In this document: positions 44,526-55,599 of the stretch, piece after piece
Position numbering within the stretch: position 1 is the first letter of the stretch
How the letters are laid out: each line of letters opens with the position of its first letter
Origin: an uncultured Sphingobacteriales bacterium
GTDB lineage: Bacteria; Bacteroidota; Bacteroidia; Chitinophagales; Chitinophagaceae
Direction of reading: 5' to 3'
NCBI GenBank assembly: GCA_937888905.1
Contig: CALATA010000001.1
Location: 421,467 to 485,466, forward strand
Length of the DNA: 64,000 nucleotides
Made by a program: the position numbers and the translations under genes
The notes under the pieces: model-generated
What the model was told of the DNA's origin: nothing
The model's database searches: none
What the model saw: the letters and a program-made list of their open reading frames with translations, nothing else

Positions 44526-45587
44526 ATGAGTAAAACAATTGTCATCACAGGTGGAGCCGGCTTCATCGGTTCACATGTAGTCCGTTTGTTTGTAACCCGT
44601 TATCCGGATTACAACATCGTAAACCTGGACGCACTTACCTATGCCGGCAACCTCGCCAATCTCGCCGATATAGAAAACAGCGCCAACTATCATTTTGAAA
44701 AAGTAAATATTCTCGATACGGATGCGCTGAGAGCGCTCTTTGCCAAATACCAGCCCGACGGTGTGATCCATCTCGCGGCGGAAAGCCATGTCGATCGTTC
44801 GATCATGTCGCCGCTCGATTTCGTTTATACCAATATCATCGGTACGGTAAACCTGTTGAACACCGCACGCGATGCCTGGAAGGGAAAAGAAGAAGGCAAA
44901 CGTTTTTATCATATCTCCACCGACGAAGTATACGGCGCATTGGGCGATACCGGTTTCTTTACTGAAACCACCCGTTACGATCCGCATTCACCTTACAGCG
45001 CATCAAAAGCTTCTTCCGATCATTTTGTGCGTGCATATGGCGATACATACGGATTGCCTGTGGTCATCAGCAACTGCTCGAATAACTACGGCCCCAATCA
45101 TTTTCCCGAAAAACTGATCCCGCTTTTCATTCACAATATCATCGAACGTAAACCATTACCGGTGTATGGCGATGGCCAATATACCCGCGACTGGTTATAC
45201 GTAATAGATCATGCTGCCGCGATCGATCTTATCTTTCACAAAGGCGTTGCACACAGCACATATAACATCGGCGGATTCAATGAGTGGAAAAACATAGACC
45301 TGGTAAAATTGCTTTGCCAGTTAATGGATGTGAAACTGGGCCGGCCTGCAGGCGACAGTGAACAACTGATCACCTATGTGAAAGACCGCCCCGGACATGA
45401 CCGCCGCTATGCAATAGACGCCAGCAAGATCAACGAAGAACTGGGCTGGAAACCTTCGGTTACGTTTGAACAAGGCCTCGAGCTGACCATCGACTGGTAC
45501 CTGGCCAACACGGAATGGCTGAAGCAGATCACCAGCGGAGAATATCAACATTATTACGAGCAGCAATACACAAAAAGAGAGCAATGA
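44526..45587 (+). CDS. rfbB: dTDP-glucose 4,6-dehydratase
   Basis: [10 protein letters not shown] motif, YSASKASSD catalytic triad region, RmlB-type length (353 aa). Confidence 0.9.
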   Translation: MSKTIVITGGAGFIGSHVVRLFVTRYPDYNIVNLDALTYAGNLANLADIENSANYHFEKVNILDTDALRALFAKYQPDGVIHLAAESHVDRSIMSPLDFVYTNIIGTVNLLNTARDAWKGKEEGKRFYHISTDEVYGALGDTGFFTETTRYDPHSPYSASKASSDHFVRAYGDTYGLPVVISNCSNNYGPNHFPEKLIPLFIHNIIERKPLPVYGDGQYTRDWLYVIDHAAAIDLIFHKGVAHSTYNIGGFNEWKNIDLVKLLCQLMDVKLGRPAGDSEQLITYVKDRPGHDRRYAIDASKINEELGWKPSVTFEQGLELTIDWYLANTEWLKQITSGEYQHYYEQQYTKREQ

Positions 45588-46441
45588 AAGGAATCATTCT
45601 CGCCGGCGGATCGGGTACGCGCCTGTATCCCATTACCAAGGCGATCTCCAAACAGCTGATGCCGATCTACGACAAGCCGATGATCTATTATCCTTTGTCT
45701 ACATTGATGATGGCCGGCATACGCGAGATCCTCATCATCACTACTCCGGAAGACAATGCTGCTTTCAAACGCCTGCTGGGCGACGGCTCACAGGTAGGTT
45801 GCCGTTTTGAATATGCCACACAGGAAAATCCAAACGGATTAGCGCAGGCTTTTGTGATCGGCGCGGATTTTATCGGATCGGATAAAGTGGCCCTGGTGCT
45901 TGGAGATAATATTTTTTACGGCATGGGATTGGGCCGTCAACTGCAACGCCTGTCCGATATCGAAGGAGGTTATGTATTTGCCTACCGCGTATCAGATCCC
46001 GAACGTTACGGCGTAGTGGAATTCGACGACCAGATGAATGCCGTTTCCATTGAAGAAAAACCTGCAGTCCCGAAATCAAGCTATGCTGTGCCGGGACTTT
46101 ATTTTTATGATAACCAGGTGGTGGAAATTGCCCGCAACCTGAAACCTTCCGCACGCGGTGAATACGAGATCACCGACGTCAACCGGGAATACCTTAGCCG
46201 GAAAGCTTTGCACGTGGCAGTCCTCGACCGCGGCACGGCATGGCTGGATACCGGTACGTTCGATTCTTTGAGTGATGCCAGCGAGTTCATCCGCGTAATT
46301 GAGAAACGGCAGGGCACCAAGATCGGGTGCATCGAAGAGATCGCATATAAAAACAATTTTATTTCACGGGAGCAATTGTTGCAACTAGCCGAAGGCCTCG
46401 CCAAAAGCGGTTACGGAGCCTATTTAAAACAAGTAATTTAA
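45584..46441 (+). CDS. rfbA: Glucose-1-phosphate thymidylyltransferase
   Basis: Start at [18 protein letters not shown] (ATGA overlap with rfbB). RmlA signature throughout. Confidence 0.9.
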   Translation: MKGIILAGGSGTRLYPITKAISKQLMPIYDKPMIYYPLSTLMMAGIREILIITTPEDNAAFKRLLGDGSQVGCRFEYATQENPNGLAQAFVIGADFIGSDKVALVLGDNIFYGMGLGRQLQRLSDIEGGYVFAYRVSDPERYGVVEFDDQMNAVSIEEKPAVPKSSYAVPGLYFYDNQVVEIARNLKPSARGEYEITDVNREYLSRKALHVAVLDRGTAWLDTGTFDSLSDASEFIRVIEKRQGTKIGCIEEIAYKNNFISREQLLQLAEGLAKSGYGAYLKQVI

Positions 46442-46444
46442 CAC

Positions 46445-47383
46445 ATGAAAAATAAGCGGATTTTTATCACAGGCGGTGCCGGCTACCTTGGCAAAAACCT
46501 GATCAGACGTTACCATGAAGACAACGAAGTGACGGTATTCAGTCGCGATGAATCAAAGCATTACTACCTGAAAAAAGAATTTCCCCGCATCCGTTGCGTG
46601 GTAGGTGATATTCGCAACTTCGACCTGTTAAAACGTGCGAGTGCCGGACATGAAATCGGCATCTTTGCGGCTTCACTCAAGCAGATCGAAGCGGTGGACC
46701 AAAACGTGGAAGAAGGGGTGAAGATCATTGTCAATGGCGCCCTGAATTCCCGCCGCGCCACTGAAGAAAACAACATGGAAGCGGCCTGTTTTATTTCTTC
46801 CGATAAAAGCCGCGCAGCTACTACGCTTTACGGATCCATGAAGTTCGTAGCCGGTGAATCCTTCATCGTCAATGCACCAACTTCAGGCATCCGTCTTTCC
46901 TGCGCGATCTATGGCAACGTACTCAATTCTACCGGCAGCGTTATACCCCTGATGTGGGAAGCCATCCGCAAAAATTATCCGCTTACGCTTTATTCTTCCG
47001 ACATGACACGCTTCATGATCGACATCGAAGAAGCAATGGACCTCATCGAACATTCGCTGGAGAAGTCGGGTGTAAACGTAGTTCCCAACCTGAAGAGCCA
47101 CAAAGTATCTGACCTGTTTGAAATTTTCCACGAGAAATTCGGACTGTCTTATAAAAAAGGCCAGCCCCGTATCTCCGAGAAGCTGCACGAGATCATGATC
47201 GCGGCGGAAGAACTCCCAAGAACGATTTATGATAAAGAAGATAATATCTTCCTTATGCACTATAAAGACATTTCCCCGGCTATTCCATCATTCGCCAGTG
47301 GCGAATTTTCTTCAAAAGATGTAGCCGTCTCAAGAGAAGAACTCGATCGAATCCTTTCCAACTACAACTACTTCAAACCTTAA
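46445..47383 (+). CDS. Polysaccharide biosynthesis protein, CapD/PseB-like short-form NDP-sugar 4,6-dehydratase
   Basis: ITGGAGYLG, SRDESKHY and SSDKSRAATTLYGSMK motifs as in the FlaA1/CapD family. Confidence 0.7.
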   Translation: MKNKRIFITGGAGYLGKNLIRRYHEDNEVTVFSRDESKHYYLKKEFPRIRCVVGDIRNFDLLKRASAGHEIGIFAASLKQIEAVDQNVEEGVKIIVNGALNSRRATEENNMEAACFISSDKSRAATTLYGSMKFVAGESFIVNAPTSGIRLSCAIYGNVLNSTGSVIPLMWEAIRKNYPLTLYSSDMTRFMIDIEEAMDLIEHSLEKSGVNVVPNLKSHKVSDLFEIFHEKFGLSYKKGQPRISEKLHEIMIAAEELPRTIYDKEDNIFLMHYKDISPAIPSFASGEFSSKDVAVSREELDRILSNYNYFKP

Positions 47384-47384
47384 T

Positions 47385-48629
47385 ATGTCATCCGTTAAAA
47401 GAGTGTATTGTTCCGGCTGCCGTCAGAAAGATTCTTTAAAGCCGGTGATCGAATTCGGTTCAATTCCGCTGGCCGGTTATTTCCCTTCCATCGAGCAGAT
47501 CCGTGACGAACAATCCTATGACTGCAATCTGCTTTTTTGTGATAACTGCGGCCTGCTGCAGGTAGATACAATTGTCGATTCAAATGTGTTGTTCCGCGAC
47601 TATAGGTATATGTCTTCCATTGGCCTTACCAAACATTTTTCCGATGTGGCGACCTACCTCGATAAGCGTTTTTCGCTGAAGGAAGAAAACAAAGCTGTGA
47701 TCGAATTCGGAAGTAATGACGGTGTGTTACTCAAACCGTTTAACGACCTTGGTATTAAAGCAACCGGTTTCGAACCTTCGCTCAATATTTCGCAGGTAGC
47801 GAAGGATAAAGGCTGCGAAGTGATCGTCGACTTTTTCAATTATGACAATGCCGTGAAATACGGTCTCGGAGGATCTGCCCGGATTGTTGTGGCCAACAAT
47901 GTTTTTGCCCACATTAATGATCTTACTGCCGTAATTGAAGGGATCAAATATTGCCTGGAAGAAGATGGGTCTTTTGTGGCTGAAGTACATTACCTGCTTA
48001 ACCTGGTAGAGGGAAATCAATATGATTTTATTTACCATGAACATATGTTCTATCATTCCGTGTTCAGCCTTAACAATCTGTTCCGCCTGCATGGTATGAC
48101 TTTATATGACTTTGACCTGATCGACACGCATTCGGGTTCCATTCGGATTTTCGCTCGCAAGAATATCAGCGAGATGCCGGAAAAAATCGAGCAGCAGATT
48201 GCTAAAGAGCGAGCGGCCGGTATTACCAGTTCGGAAGAATTTGTAGCGTTTGACAAACAGATCAAGCAACACGTGGCGAGCTGCCAGGAGGCAATCAGCA
48301 AGTTACGTGCGGAAGGCCGGTCGATCATTGGCTTCGGTGCCTCTGGGAGATGCAATATTTTTTGCAATCTGCTGGGACTCGGTACAGCAGACGTAAAGTA
48401 CATCTTTGACCAGTCACCAGAGCGGGTGAATAGGTTCATTCCGGCTTGTAATATCCCCGTAATTAAATTCACGGAGGAAGCGGCTGCCGAACAATACGAT
48501 GTGGTGCTTGTTTTTGCCTGGAATTACTACAATATGATCAGCAGCAAAATCAATGCAAATGATTACCTCGTACTTTTCCCGCAGCCCCGGATATTGAAGA
48601 AAGAACAGCATCTCAACAATGTATTATGA
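47385..48629 (+). CDS. NDP-hexose C-methyltransferase (TylCIII/NovU-like SAM-dependent)
   Basis: N-terminal zinc ribbon (CSGCRQ...CDNCG), class I methyltransferase core, C-terminal C-methyltransferase-type domain. 414 aa. Confidence 0.65.
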   Translation: MSSVKRVYCSGCRQKDSLKPVIEFGSIPLAGYFPSIEQIRDEQSYDCNLLFCDNCGLLQVDTIVDSNVLFRDYRYMSSIGLTKHFSDVATYLDKRFSLKEENKAVIEFGSNDGVLLKPFNDLGIKATGFEPSLNISQVAKDKGCEVIVDFFNYDNAVKYGLGGSARIVVANNVFAHINDLTAVIEGIKYCLEEDGSFVAEVHYLLNLVEGNQYDFIYHEHMFYHSVFSLNNLFRLHGMTLYDFDLIDTHSGSIRIFARKNISEMPEKIEQQIAKERAAGITSSEEFVAFDKQIKQHVASCQEAISKLRAEGRSIIGFGASGRCNIFCNLLGLGTADVKYIFDQSPERVNRFIPACNIPVIKFTEEAAAEQYDVVLVFAWNYYNMISSKINANDYLVLFPQPRILKKEQHLNNVL

Positions 48630-49357
48630 GAGTGTGTGTAGTGGGACACAGGGGCATGTTGGGAAATGCAGTAGATAAGCTGCTTCGTACTATACCAGGC
48701 ATTGAACTGACAACGGTAGACGCACGCTGGCCAGGCGAGGAATTTATCGGGTTCTTTCGTACTCATTCGTTTGACTGGATCGTCAACTGCGCGGCCAGGA
48801 TTCCTCAGTCCAATCCGGATGAAAGGGAAACCTACCTTGTCAATTACGGGCTTCCCGTATTTCTTGCTTCCACAGGTGCAGGTGTTATTCATCCGTCTAC
48901 CAACCTGCTTACGGCAGAATCGGCCTATGCATTGTCCAAGTGGTGCGCCGATGATACGCTGCAGTCTTTCCCCAACGCTTTTATTATCCGCTGTTCCGTT
49001 ATTGGTATGGAGACGGGCGACCAGCCAAGATCGCTTCTTCCCTGGTTCCTGTCTTCCACAGCAGAACAACTCAAAGGATTTACAGACCATCTCTGGAACG
49101 GAATCACCACACTTCAGTGGGCACAGGTTTGCCTGAAGATAATTCAGAGCGAAACACACGATCGGTTGATCATTCCGTATTCTGATACGGTTTCGAAATA
49201 TGAACTGCTGACAATATTCAGAGACGTTTTCGAAAAACCGGTGGAAATTTTGCCGGTTGAAAGCGATACGAGAAGCGTGGAGCCGCTAACCGGCAACTGG
49301 TATGCCGGACACATCGGCCGGCAATTGCAGGACCTTAAGACATTTTACAAAAGCTGA
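48626..49357 (+). CDS. Sugar-nucleotide reductase, dTDP-4-dehydrorhamnose reductase (RmlD)-like
   Basis: VVGHRGMLG Rossmann-like start, YALSK catalytic YxxxK, ~240 aa. Confidence 0.55.
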   Translation: MRVCVVGHRGMLGNAVDKLLRTIPGIELTTVDARWPGEEFIGFFRTHSFDWIVNCAARIPQSNPDERETYLVNYGLPVFLASTGAGVIHPSTNLLTAESAYALSKWCADDTLQSFPNAFIIRCSVIGMETGDQPRSLLPWFLSSTAEQLKGFTDHLWNGITTLQWAQVCLKIIQSETHDRLIIPYSDTVSKYELLTIFRDVFEKPVEILPVESDTRSVEPLTGNWYAGHIGRQLQDLKTFYKS

Positions 49358-50863
49358 GTGTCTGCGATAAAATTAAATATCTCCGCCAACGTAATCGGTA
49401 AAGTATGGGCAGCCGCTATTGTTGTACTGCTGATACCCTTCTACATCCGTTATCTTGGTATGGAGTCATATGGCCTGGTTGGGTTTTATGGCACGCTGCT
49501 GGGATCGATGGCCATACTCGATCTGGGATTAAGCACCACCCTTAGCCGTGAACTCGCGAGGTTCCGTTCACAACCCGGCGAGGTCAGGAAAATCAGAGAT
49601 CTTGCTTTTTCACTGGAGTTGATCTACTGGCTCATCGGCATTCTGATCGCGGTATTGGTGGTGGCGCTGTCAGGGTTTATCTCCACACGCTGGATCAAAG
49701 CTGAAACCCTGCCGCCGGCTGTGGTTAAGCAATCCGTAGCGCTCATGGGAGCGGTGATCGCCTTCCAGTGGCCAATCAGTTTATACAATGGCGGTCTTAC
49801 CGGTCTGGAGAGGCAGGTGACCAACAATATCATCCTCGTCGTGATGAGTACGCTCAGAGGGGCCGGCGTGCTGATCGTACTCGCTTTTTTTTCTCCCACA
49901 CTTAATGCTTTTTTTTTATGGCAGGCCAGCCTCAGCTTCGTTTACGTGCTGGTGATGCGTTTTTATTTCTGGCGCTCGATGCCGGAAGGCAGACGCCCGG
50001 CTTTTTCAGGTGAACAGATCCGCCGGATCGGAAGATTTGCCATAGGCATGACCGGCATTGGCCTTATCAGCTTTTTTCTATCGCAGGCAGACAAGATCGT
50101 TCTGAGTAAAATATTGCCGCTTACACAATTCGGGTACTATGTACTGGCTTTTACTATTGCCACCAGCCTGGCTATGCTGGTGGGGCCGGTCAGTACCGCA
50201 TTCTTTCCGCGCTTTTCCGGTCTCGTGGTTTCCAATGACCAGGAAGCACTGAAAAAACTATATCATCAGGCATGCCGGATCATGGGCGCTTTACTGTATC
50301 CGATCGGACTGGTCTTACTTTTTTTTACGTACGATTTTCTGTTTAGCTGGACAAAGAACGCCGTCACTGCCGACGCTACAGTATTGCTGGCACAGATCAT
50401 GATCGTCGGAAGTCTTTGCAACGGTATCGTGGTCATCCCTTATAACCTGATGATCGCGCATGGCTGGACGCGTTTTACGATCTACCAGAATATCGTGGCC
50501 GTTGTTATTCTTATCCCGCTACTTTTTGTATGGACTAATCTATACGGGGCAGTGGGAGCGTCTTTTGTATGGCTGTCAGTAAATGCGGGATATGTACTGA
50601 TCAGTCAGCCGCTCATCCACCGCAAACTGCTGACAACAGAATTGTGGAACTGGTATGTCAAAGACAACCTCCTGGTATTGCTTCCTCCACTTGTTTTTCT
50701 TTCCGCCGTCAAGCTGATTCTTGCCATCTATTTTCCCTCTTTCCATCTCAACCTGCTTGGACTGGGCACAATGCTTGCATTTGCGTTTGCCGTTACATTA
50801 TTGTCAATGCCCGAAGCCCGGCAACTTGCCCGGCAGTTGCTAAAACTTAAACACAATGGATGA
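49358..50863 (+). CDS. wzx: Oligosaccharide flippase (Wzx-like, polysaccharide biosynthesis MOP family)
   Basis: 501 aa, ~12-14 TM segments, typical Wzx hydropathy and position in the locus. Confidence 0.75.
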   Translation: MSAIKLNISANVIGKVWAAAIVVLLIPFYIRYLGMESYGLVGFYGTLLGSMAILDLGLSTTLSRELARFRSQPGEVRKIRDLAFSLELIYWLIGILIAVLVVALSGFISTRWIKAETLPPAVVKQSVALMGAVIAFQWPISLYNGGLTGLERQVTNNIILVVMSTLRGAGVLIVLAFFSPTLNAFFLWQASLSFVYVLVMRFYFWRSMPEGRRPAFSGEQIRRIGRFAIGMTGIGLISFFLSQADKIVLSKILPLTQFGYYVLAFTIATSLAMLVGPVSTAFFPRFSGLVVSNDQEALKKLYHQACRIMGALLYPIGLVLLFFTYDFLFSWTKNAVTADATVLLAQIMIVGSLCNGIVVIPYNLMIAHGWTRFTIYQNIVAVVILIPLLFVWTNLYGAVGASFVWLSVNAGYVLISQPLIHRKLLTTELWNWYVKDNLLVLLPPLVFLSAVKLILAIYFPSFHLNLLGLGTMLAFAFAVTLLSMPEARQLARQLLKLKHNG

Positions 50864-51848
50864 AAAATTACCGCTGGTCAGTGTTGTTATCACTTCCTAT
50901 AACCGTCAGCAATGGATCGCACAGGCAATAGAATCTGCTTTACAACAAAATTATCCCAACCTTGAAATAGTGGTAAATGATGACTGCAGTACGGACAATT
51001 CTGTGGAGGTCATCAAACCTTACCTGAATGATCCGCGTGTACGCTTTTTTCGCAATGAGAAAAACCTGGGTATAGCGCTTAATTACCGGCTTACCTTTAT
51101 GGAACTTGCCAAAGGCGACTACCTGATGAATCTCGGGAGTGACGATTATCTTGAAAATCCTTCGTTCATTTCCGATGCCATCAAAGCTGTCGGCAACCGC
51201 CAGGATGTAGGTATTATTTTCGGGCGGTCTAAGTTGTTTTTTGAGAAAACCGGTGAACTTGTTTCAAATGATCCGGTTCGCGAAGAATTATTGTTCCATA
51301 CTACCATGAACAAAGGCATGGACATTTTTTTCCTGCCGCCTTTTATTTCAAGAGGGTGGGGCGGATGCCTCGTCAATGCCCATATCATGCGGGCGAACAA
51401 TATTAATTTCTCTGACATCAAACTGTGCGACGATCAGCGGATCAATTTTATGCTGATGGCAGTGAGTGATGTGGTTTGCCTGAATGAGCCATGCTACATC
51501 ATCCGGATGCACGATAACAACCTGGGTGTTACAGCCATGTCTGCGGATGCCGCCATCAACGACATACTCGGCATGATCGAACAGTCTCATGCCTATGCGC
51601 AAGAACGGAAAGCCGCTGATCCCACACGACTCCTTGAATGGAAAAACGAGTTTTTATTTTATCATGTAAGGTATACTCTGCTTTATATGATCGTTAACCG
51701 TCCCGCGGAGTTCCGGAAGTTTGCCGGTTACGTGAAAAAAAAGTACCCCGCCATTTACCGGCAAATTGTTTGCAGTAAAAAATTCCTCTATGTGAAATAT
51801 CTTTATAATCCGATCGTTCGGCCTGCGAAACGATTATTCCGGGTATGA
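50856..51848 (+). CDS. Glycosyltransferase family 2
   Basis: VSVVITSYNR ... VVNDDCSTD ... GSDDY (DxD) motifs. Confidence 0.85.
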   Translation: MDEKLPLVSVVITSYNRQQWIAQAIESALQQNYPNLEIVVNDDCSTDNSVEVIKPYLNDPRVRFFRNEKNLGIALNYRLTFMELAKGDYLMNLGSDDYLENPSFISDAIKAVGNRQDVGIIFGRSKLFFEKTGELVSNDPVREELLFHTTMNKGMDIFFLPPFISRGWGGCLVNAHIMRANNINFSDIKLCDDQRINFMLMAVSDVVCLNEPCYIIRMHDNNLGVTAMSADAAINDILGMIEQSHAYAQERKAADPTRLLEWKNEFLFYHVRYTLLYMIVNRPAEFRKFAGYVKKKYPAIYRQIVCSKKFLYVKYLYNPIVRPAKRLFRV

Positions 51849-51879
51849 TAATTTACGCAAACCAAACTACCTTTTTCTT

Positions 51880-52587
51880 ATGACACCCACCGACTATGCT
51901 GTAACCGACAGCGAATACCTCCACCAGAACCCGACATGGCACGTAGAAGATTCTCCATGGAAAGCCACACAGATCATTAAGATCATGCAGAAAAACAATC
52001 TTCAACCCAAAACAGTAGTAGAGATCGGGTGTGGCGCGGGAGAGATACTCAACCAGCTCCATCAGCGGCTTCCCGATCAATCCATTGCTTTCTCCGGATA
52101 CGAAATAGCGCCGGATGCGTTCAAACTGATGGAGCAACGAAAAAAGGACCGCCTGGAGTTTTTCCAGGAGAACCTGCTCACCACCGACAAACATTTTGAT
52201 CTGCTGCTGATGATCGATGTGTTTGAACACGTAGACGATTATCTCGGGTTCATCCGCACCGCTTCGCAAAAAGCAACATATAAAATCTATCATATACCGC
52301 TCGATATCTCCATGTTTTCCATCGCGATCAATAATTTCAAACATGTGAGAAAGTCTGTCGGACATCTGCATTATTTCAATAAAGAAACCGCATTGGCCAC
52401 CATCCGCGACAGCGGGCAGGAGGTGATCGACTGGGCTTATACCAAAACGGCATTGGAAGTAAACAATAAAGGACTAACCCTTTTTAACCGGTTCTGCAAT
52501 TTCCTCCGGCGCATATTTTATCCGCTAAACAAAGATTTTGCGGCCAATACAATGGGCGGATTTTCACTGATCGTACTCGCCCGCTGA
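51880..52587 (+). CDS. Class I SAM-dependent methyltransferase
   Basis: VVEIGCGAGE motif I, acidic motif DLLLMIDVFEH. Confidence 0.75.
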   Translation: MTPTDYAVTDSEYLHQNPTWHVEDSPWKATQIIKIMQKNNLQPKTVVEIGCGAGEILNQLHQRLPDQSIAFSGYEIAPDAFKLMEQRKKDRLEFFQENLLTTDKHFDLLLMIDVFEHVDDYLGFIRTASQKATYKIYHIPLDISMFSIAINNFKHVRKSVGHLHYFNKETALATIRDSGQEVIDWAYTKTALEVNNKGLTLFNRFCNFLRRIFYPLNKDFAANTMGGFSLIVLAR

Positions 52588-52593
52588 TACTGC

Positions 52594-53679
52594 ATGAAAG
52601 TTTTACATGTGATCAATTCACTGAATGTCGGAGGCGCTGAAGTGTTGCTCAGCAATACACTTCAGGGTAATGGCCTGTCTCCGCAAGTGAACAATACCCT
52701 TGCTTATTTTATCGGAGGTTCACCCTTGCTGGATAAGATAGATCAGGGCGTGAAAAAAGTAGACCTTCAATACAGTGGTGGCGCCGACCTGCTTTTTCTG
52801 CTTCGCAGATTGCGCAGGTTGATCAAAGAGGAAAAGCCGGATATCATTCATACACACCTGAATCCGGCCGGTTCGTATGTAAACATGGTGAAACCCAAAA
52901 GCATTCCGCAGATACATACGCTGCATACCATGTATACGCAAGACCAGGAAACACGACCATTTCTCAAGGCAGTGGAAAAAAGAACCTTGTTCAGAGATGA
53001 CAGGGCCGCGCTGATTTTCCTTTCGCCGATGCTGGAAAAGGATTTTTCCTCGGCCATTTCGTTCAAAGGAAAAAAGTACATTCTTCCCAATTTTATTGAA
53101 GACAGTTTTTTTGAAATAAAACCTGCCACTCCTGTTCCGGAACAATTGCGTGTGGTGGCAGTGGGCACCATCCGCGAAGTAAAGAACTACCAGTATCTGC
53201 TGGATATTTTTGCCAGGTTGAAGGGACTGCCCGTATCTCTCGACATTTACGGCGGCGGAGATACCACAGCATTCAATCAGCGCATTGAAAAGGAACAACT
53301 CAATGTGCGGATGATGGGACAGACCACCGATGTCAGCAGTGTGCTGGGGAAATACGATCTCTTCATCATGGCATCGAAGTTTGAAGGATATCCCTTGTCT
53401 GTAATCGAGGCGATGGCCGCCAACCTGCCTGTGCTCTTATCGGATATTCCTGCATTGAAAGATATTGCGGGCGAACATGCGGATTATTTCCGTCTCGATG
53501 ATCCTTCCGATGCCGCAGGTGTATTGAAAGAATATCTTACTGCGTCCGACCGCTACCGGAGCCGGATAGAAAAAGCCCGCGCATACGCAGGCGATGTGGC
53601 GCGTAAACGTACTTACATACAAAAATTGATTGACATTTACAGGGAAACCATCAGCGGGTATCATTTGCCTACTCATTAA
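52594..53679 (+). CDS. Glycosyltransferase family 4
   Basis: GT-B fold. N-terminal MKVLHVINSLNVGGAE. C-terminal E-x7-E region (GYPLSVIEAMAANLPV). Confidence 0.85.
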   Translation: MKVLHVINSLNVGGAEVLLSNTLQGNGLSPQVNNTLAYFIGGSPLLDKIDQGVKKVDLQYSGGADLLFLLRRLRRLIKEEKPDIIHTHLNPAGSYVNMVKPKSIPQIHTLHTMYTQDQETRPFLKAVEKRTLFRDDRAALIFLSPMLEKDFSSAISFKGKKYILPNFIEDSFFEIKPATPVPEQLRVVAVGTIREVKNYQYLLDIFARLKGLPVSLDIYGGGDTTAFNQRIEKEQLNVRMMGQTTDVSSVLGKYDLFIMASKFEGYPLSVIEAMAANLPVLLSDIPALKDIAGEHADYFRLDDPSDAAGVLKEYLTASDRYRSRIEKARAYAGDVARKRTYIQKLIDIYRETISGYHLPTH

Positions 53680-53691
53680 TTTTGCGACCTT

Positions 53692-55599
53692 ATGTGCGGA
53701 ATAGCCGGATACATTGATTATACGGGGAAAGCGGGAGACACCGAACTGAAGAAGATGACGGATGCACTGTCGTACCGCGGGCCTGATGCCTCGGGGCAGG
53801 AAGTGTTTTCCCTGAACAACGCCACGTTGGGGCTGGGACACAGAAGACTTTCCATCATTGATCTTTCGCCACTCGGCAAGCAACCGATGTTTACGCCGGA
53901 CCGCAGCCTCTCTATTATATTTAACGGGGAAATTTATAACTACCGCGAGATTCGCGAAGAACTGAGCGCGAAAGGACACGCTTTTATTTCCGGTTCTGAT
54001 ACGGAAGTAATCCTGCATGCCTACCAGCAATGGGGCGATGAATGCGTGAAGAAATTCACCGGTATGTTTGCCTTCGCCATTTTCGATGAAGAAAAACAGG
54101 AACTGTTTCTAAGCCGCGACCGCGCAGGTGTAAAACCTTTATACTATTATCAGCACAACGGATGTTTTTTGTTTGCATCCGAACTGAAAGCTTTTTTCAC
54201 CTATCCCGGTTTTGAAAAAGCGATCGATCCGCAAGCCTTCAGGTTATATGTTCAATATACATTTGTTCCCGCGCCTTATACCATATTCAAACATACCTGG
54301 AAGCTGGAACCCGGCTGCAGTATGCGCGTGGACCTGAAGAGCGGCAATATCGCACAACAACGTTACTGGGATGTGCTGGACTATTATGGTCAGCCCAAAC
54401 AAAAGATCGGCGATGCGGAGGCAAAAGAAGCATTGCGGCAGCGGCTCATAAAAGCCTGTGAGTACCGCATGGTCAGTGATGTACCTGTTGGAATGTTCCT
54501 GAGTGGTGGATACGACAGCTCGCTGGTAACGGCATTATTGCAAAGCGGCCGCTCCGAAAAAATTAAAACCTTTACGATTGGTTTTACCGATGCCAAATAC
54601 AACGAAGCGCAGCACGCTGCCAAAGTTGCGGCGCACCTTGGCACGGATCACCATGAATTATATTGTTCTTTCGATGATGCAAAAGCCATCATTCCCGAAC
54701 TGCCGGAATGTTATGATGAACCTTTTGCCGACAGCTCGGCCATACCAACCATGCTGGTCAGCCGTTTTGCACGCAAACAGGTAACGGTGGCCTTATCTGC
54801 CGATGGAGGCGATGAGTTATTTGCGGGTTATGAGCGGCACGCGGCCCTGCTGGGCATTGCCGCGAAAAAAGACAAGATACCTGCAGCGTTAAGACCGCTC
54901 GCAGCCACCGTGCTGCGCAATACGCCGAAAACGGTGCTGAATAAAATTTTTTCAGGAAATACATCGGCTGATAACCTTGCCAAATACCTTGATTTTCTGC
55001 AAGGCAAAACCGACCTGGCCGACATGATCGATTTTGCCAACCAGACAGCCGCTCCGGATACACTGGCCGGTTTGTTCACACAAGCGGCATCGCCGGGGGT
55101 ACTATTCCGCAAAAATGAAATAAGAAAATTGCCCGGCCGTCTCGATCAGCTGCTGGCCTTCGATTACCTGTCGTATCTGCCCGGCGACATCCTGACGAAA
55201 GTCGACCGTGCTACGATGCACATATCGCTGGAAGGGCGCGAGCCTTTACTTGATCATTCACTGATCGAATGGATTGCCACTTTGCCGGATGAAATGAAAT
55301 ACCGGAATGGTGTATCAAAATACCTGCTTCGCCAGATCGTACATGACTACCTGCCCCGTGAAATAATGGAACGCCCCAAAATGGGTTTTTCCATACCGTT
55401 GGTTAATTGGTTCCGTTCAGACCTGCGGCCGCTTTTTGATGAGCACTTATCGGAGAAAAGCCTGGCCGCACATGGCCTGCTGGATCATAAGCAGGTAGCG
55501 AAGCTGCTGCATGAATATTACAGCGGCGATAACTACAGGTTCACTTTATTATGGACACTGCTGATGTTCCAGTTATGGTATAAAAAATGGATGCAATAA
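53692..55599 (+). CDS. asnB: Asparagine synthase (glutamine-hydrolysing), WbpS-like amidotransferase in polysaccharide locus
   Basis: MCGIAGY N-terminal nucleophile. SGGYDSS PP-loop. 635 aa. Confidence 0.9.
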   Translation: MCGIAGYIDYTGKAGDTELKKMTDALSYRGPDASGQEVFSLNNATLGLGHRRLSIIDLSPLGKQPMFTPDRSLSIIFNGEIYNYREIREELSAKGHAFISGSDTEVILHAYQQWGDECVKKFTGMFAFAIFDEEKQELFLSRDRAGVKPLYYYQHNGCFLFASELKAFFTYPGFEKAIDPQAFRLYVQYTFVPAPYTIFKHTWKLEPGCSMRVDLKSGNIAQQRYWDVLDYYGQPKQKIGDAEAKEALRQRLIKACEYRMVSDVPVGMFLSGGYDSSLVTALLQSGRSEKIKTFTIGFTDAKYNEAQHAAKVAAHLGTDHHELYCSFDDAKAIIPELPECYDEPFADSSAIPTMLVSRFARKQVTVALSADGGDELFAGYERHAALLGIAAKKDKIPAALRPLAATVLRNTPKTVLNKIFSGNTSADNLAKYLDFLQGKTDLADMIDFANQTAAPDTLAGLFTQAASPGVLFRKNEIRKLPGRLDQLLAFDYLSYLPGDILTKVDRATMHISLEGREPLLDHSLIEWIATLPDEMKYRNGVSKYLLRQIVHDYLPREIMERPKMGFSIPLVNWFRSDLRPLFDEHLSEKSLAAHGLLDHKQVAKLLHEYYSGDNYRFTLLWTLLMFQLWYKKWMQ

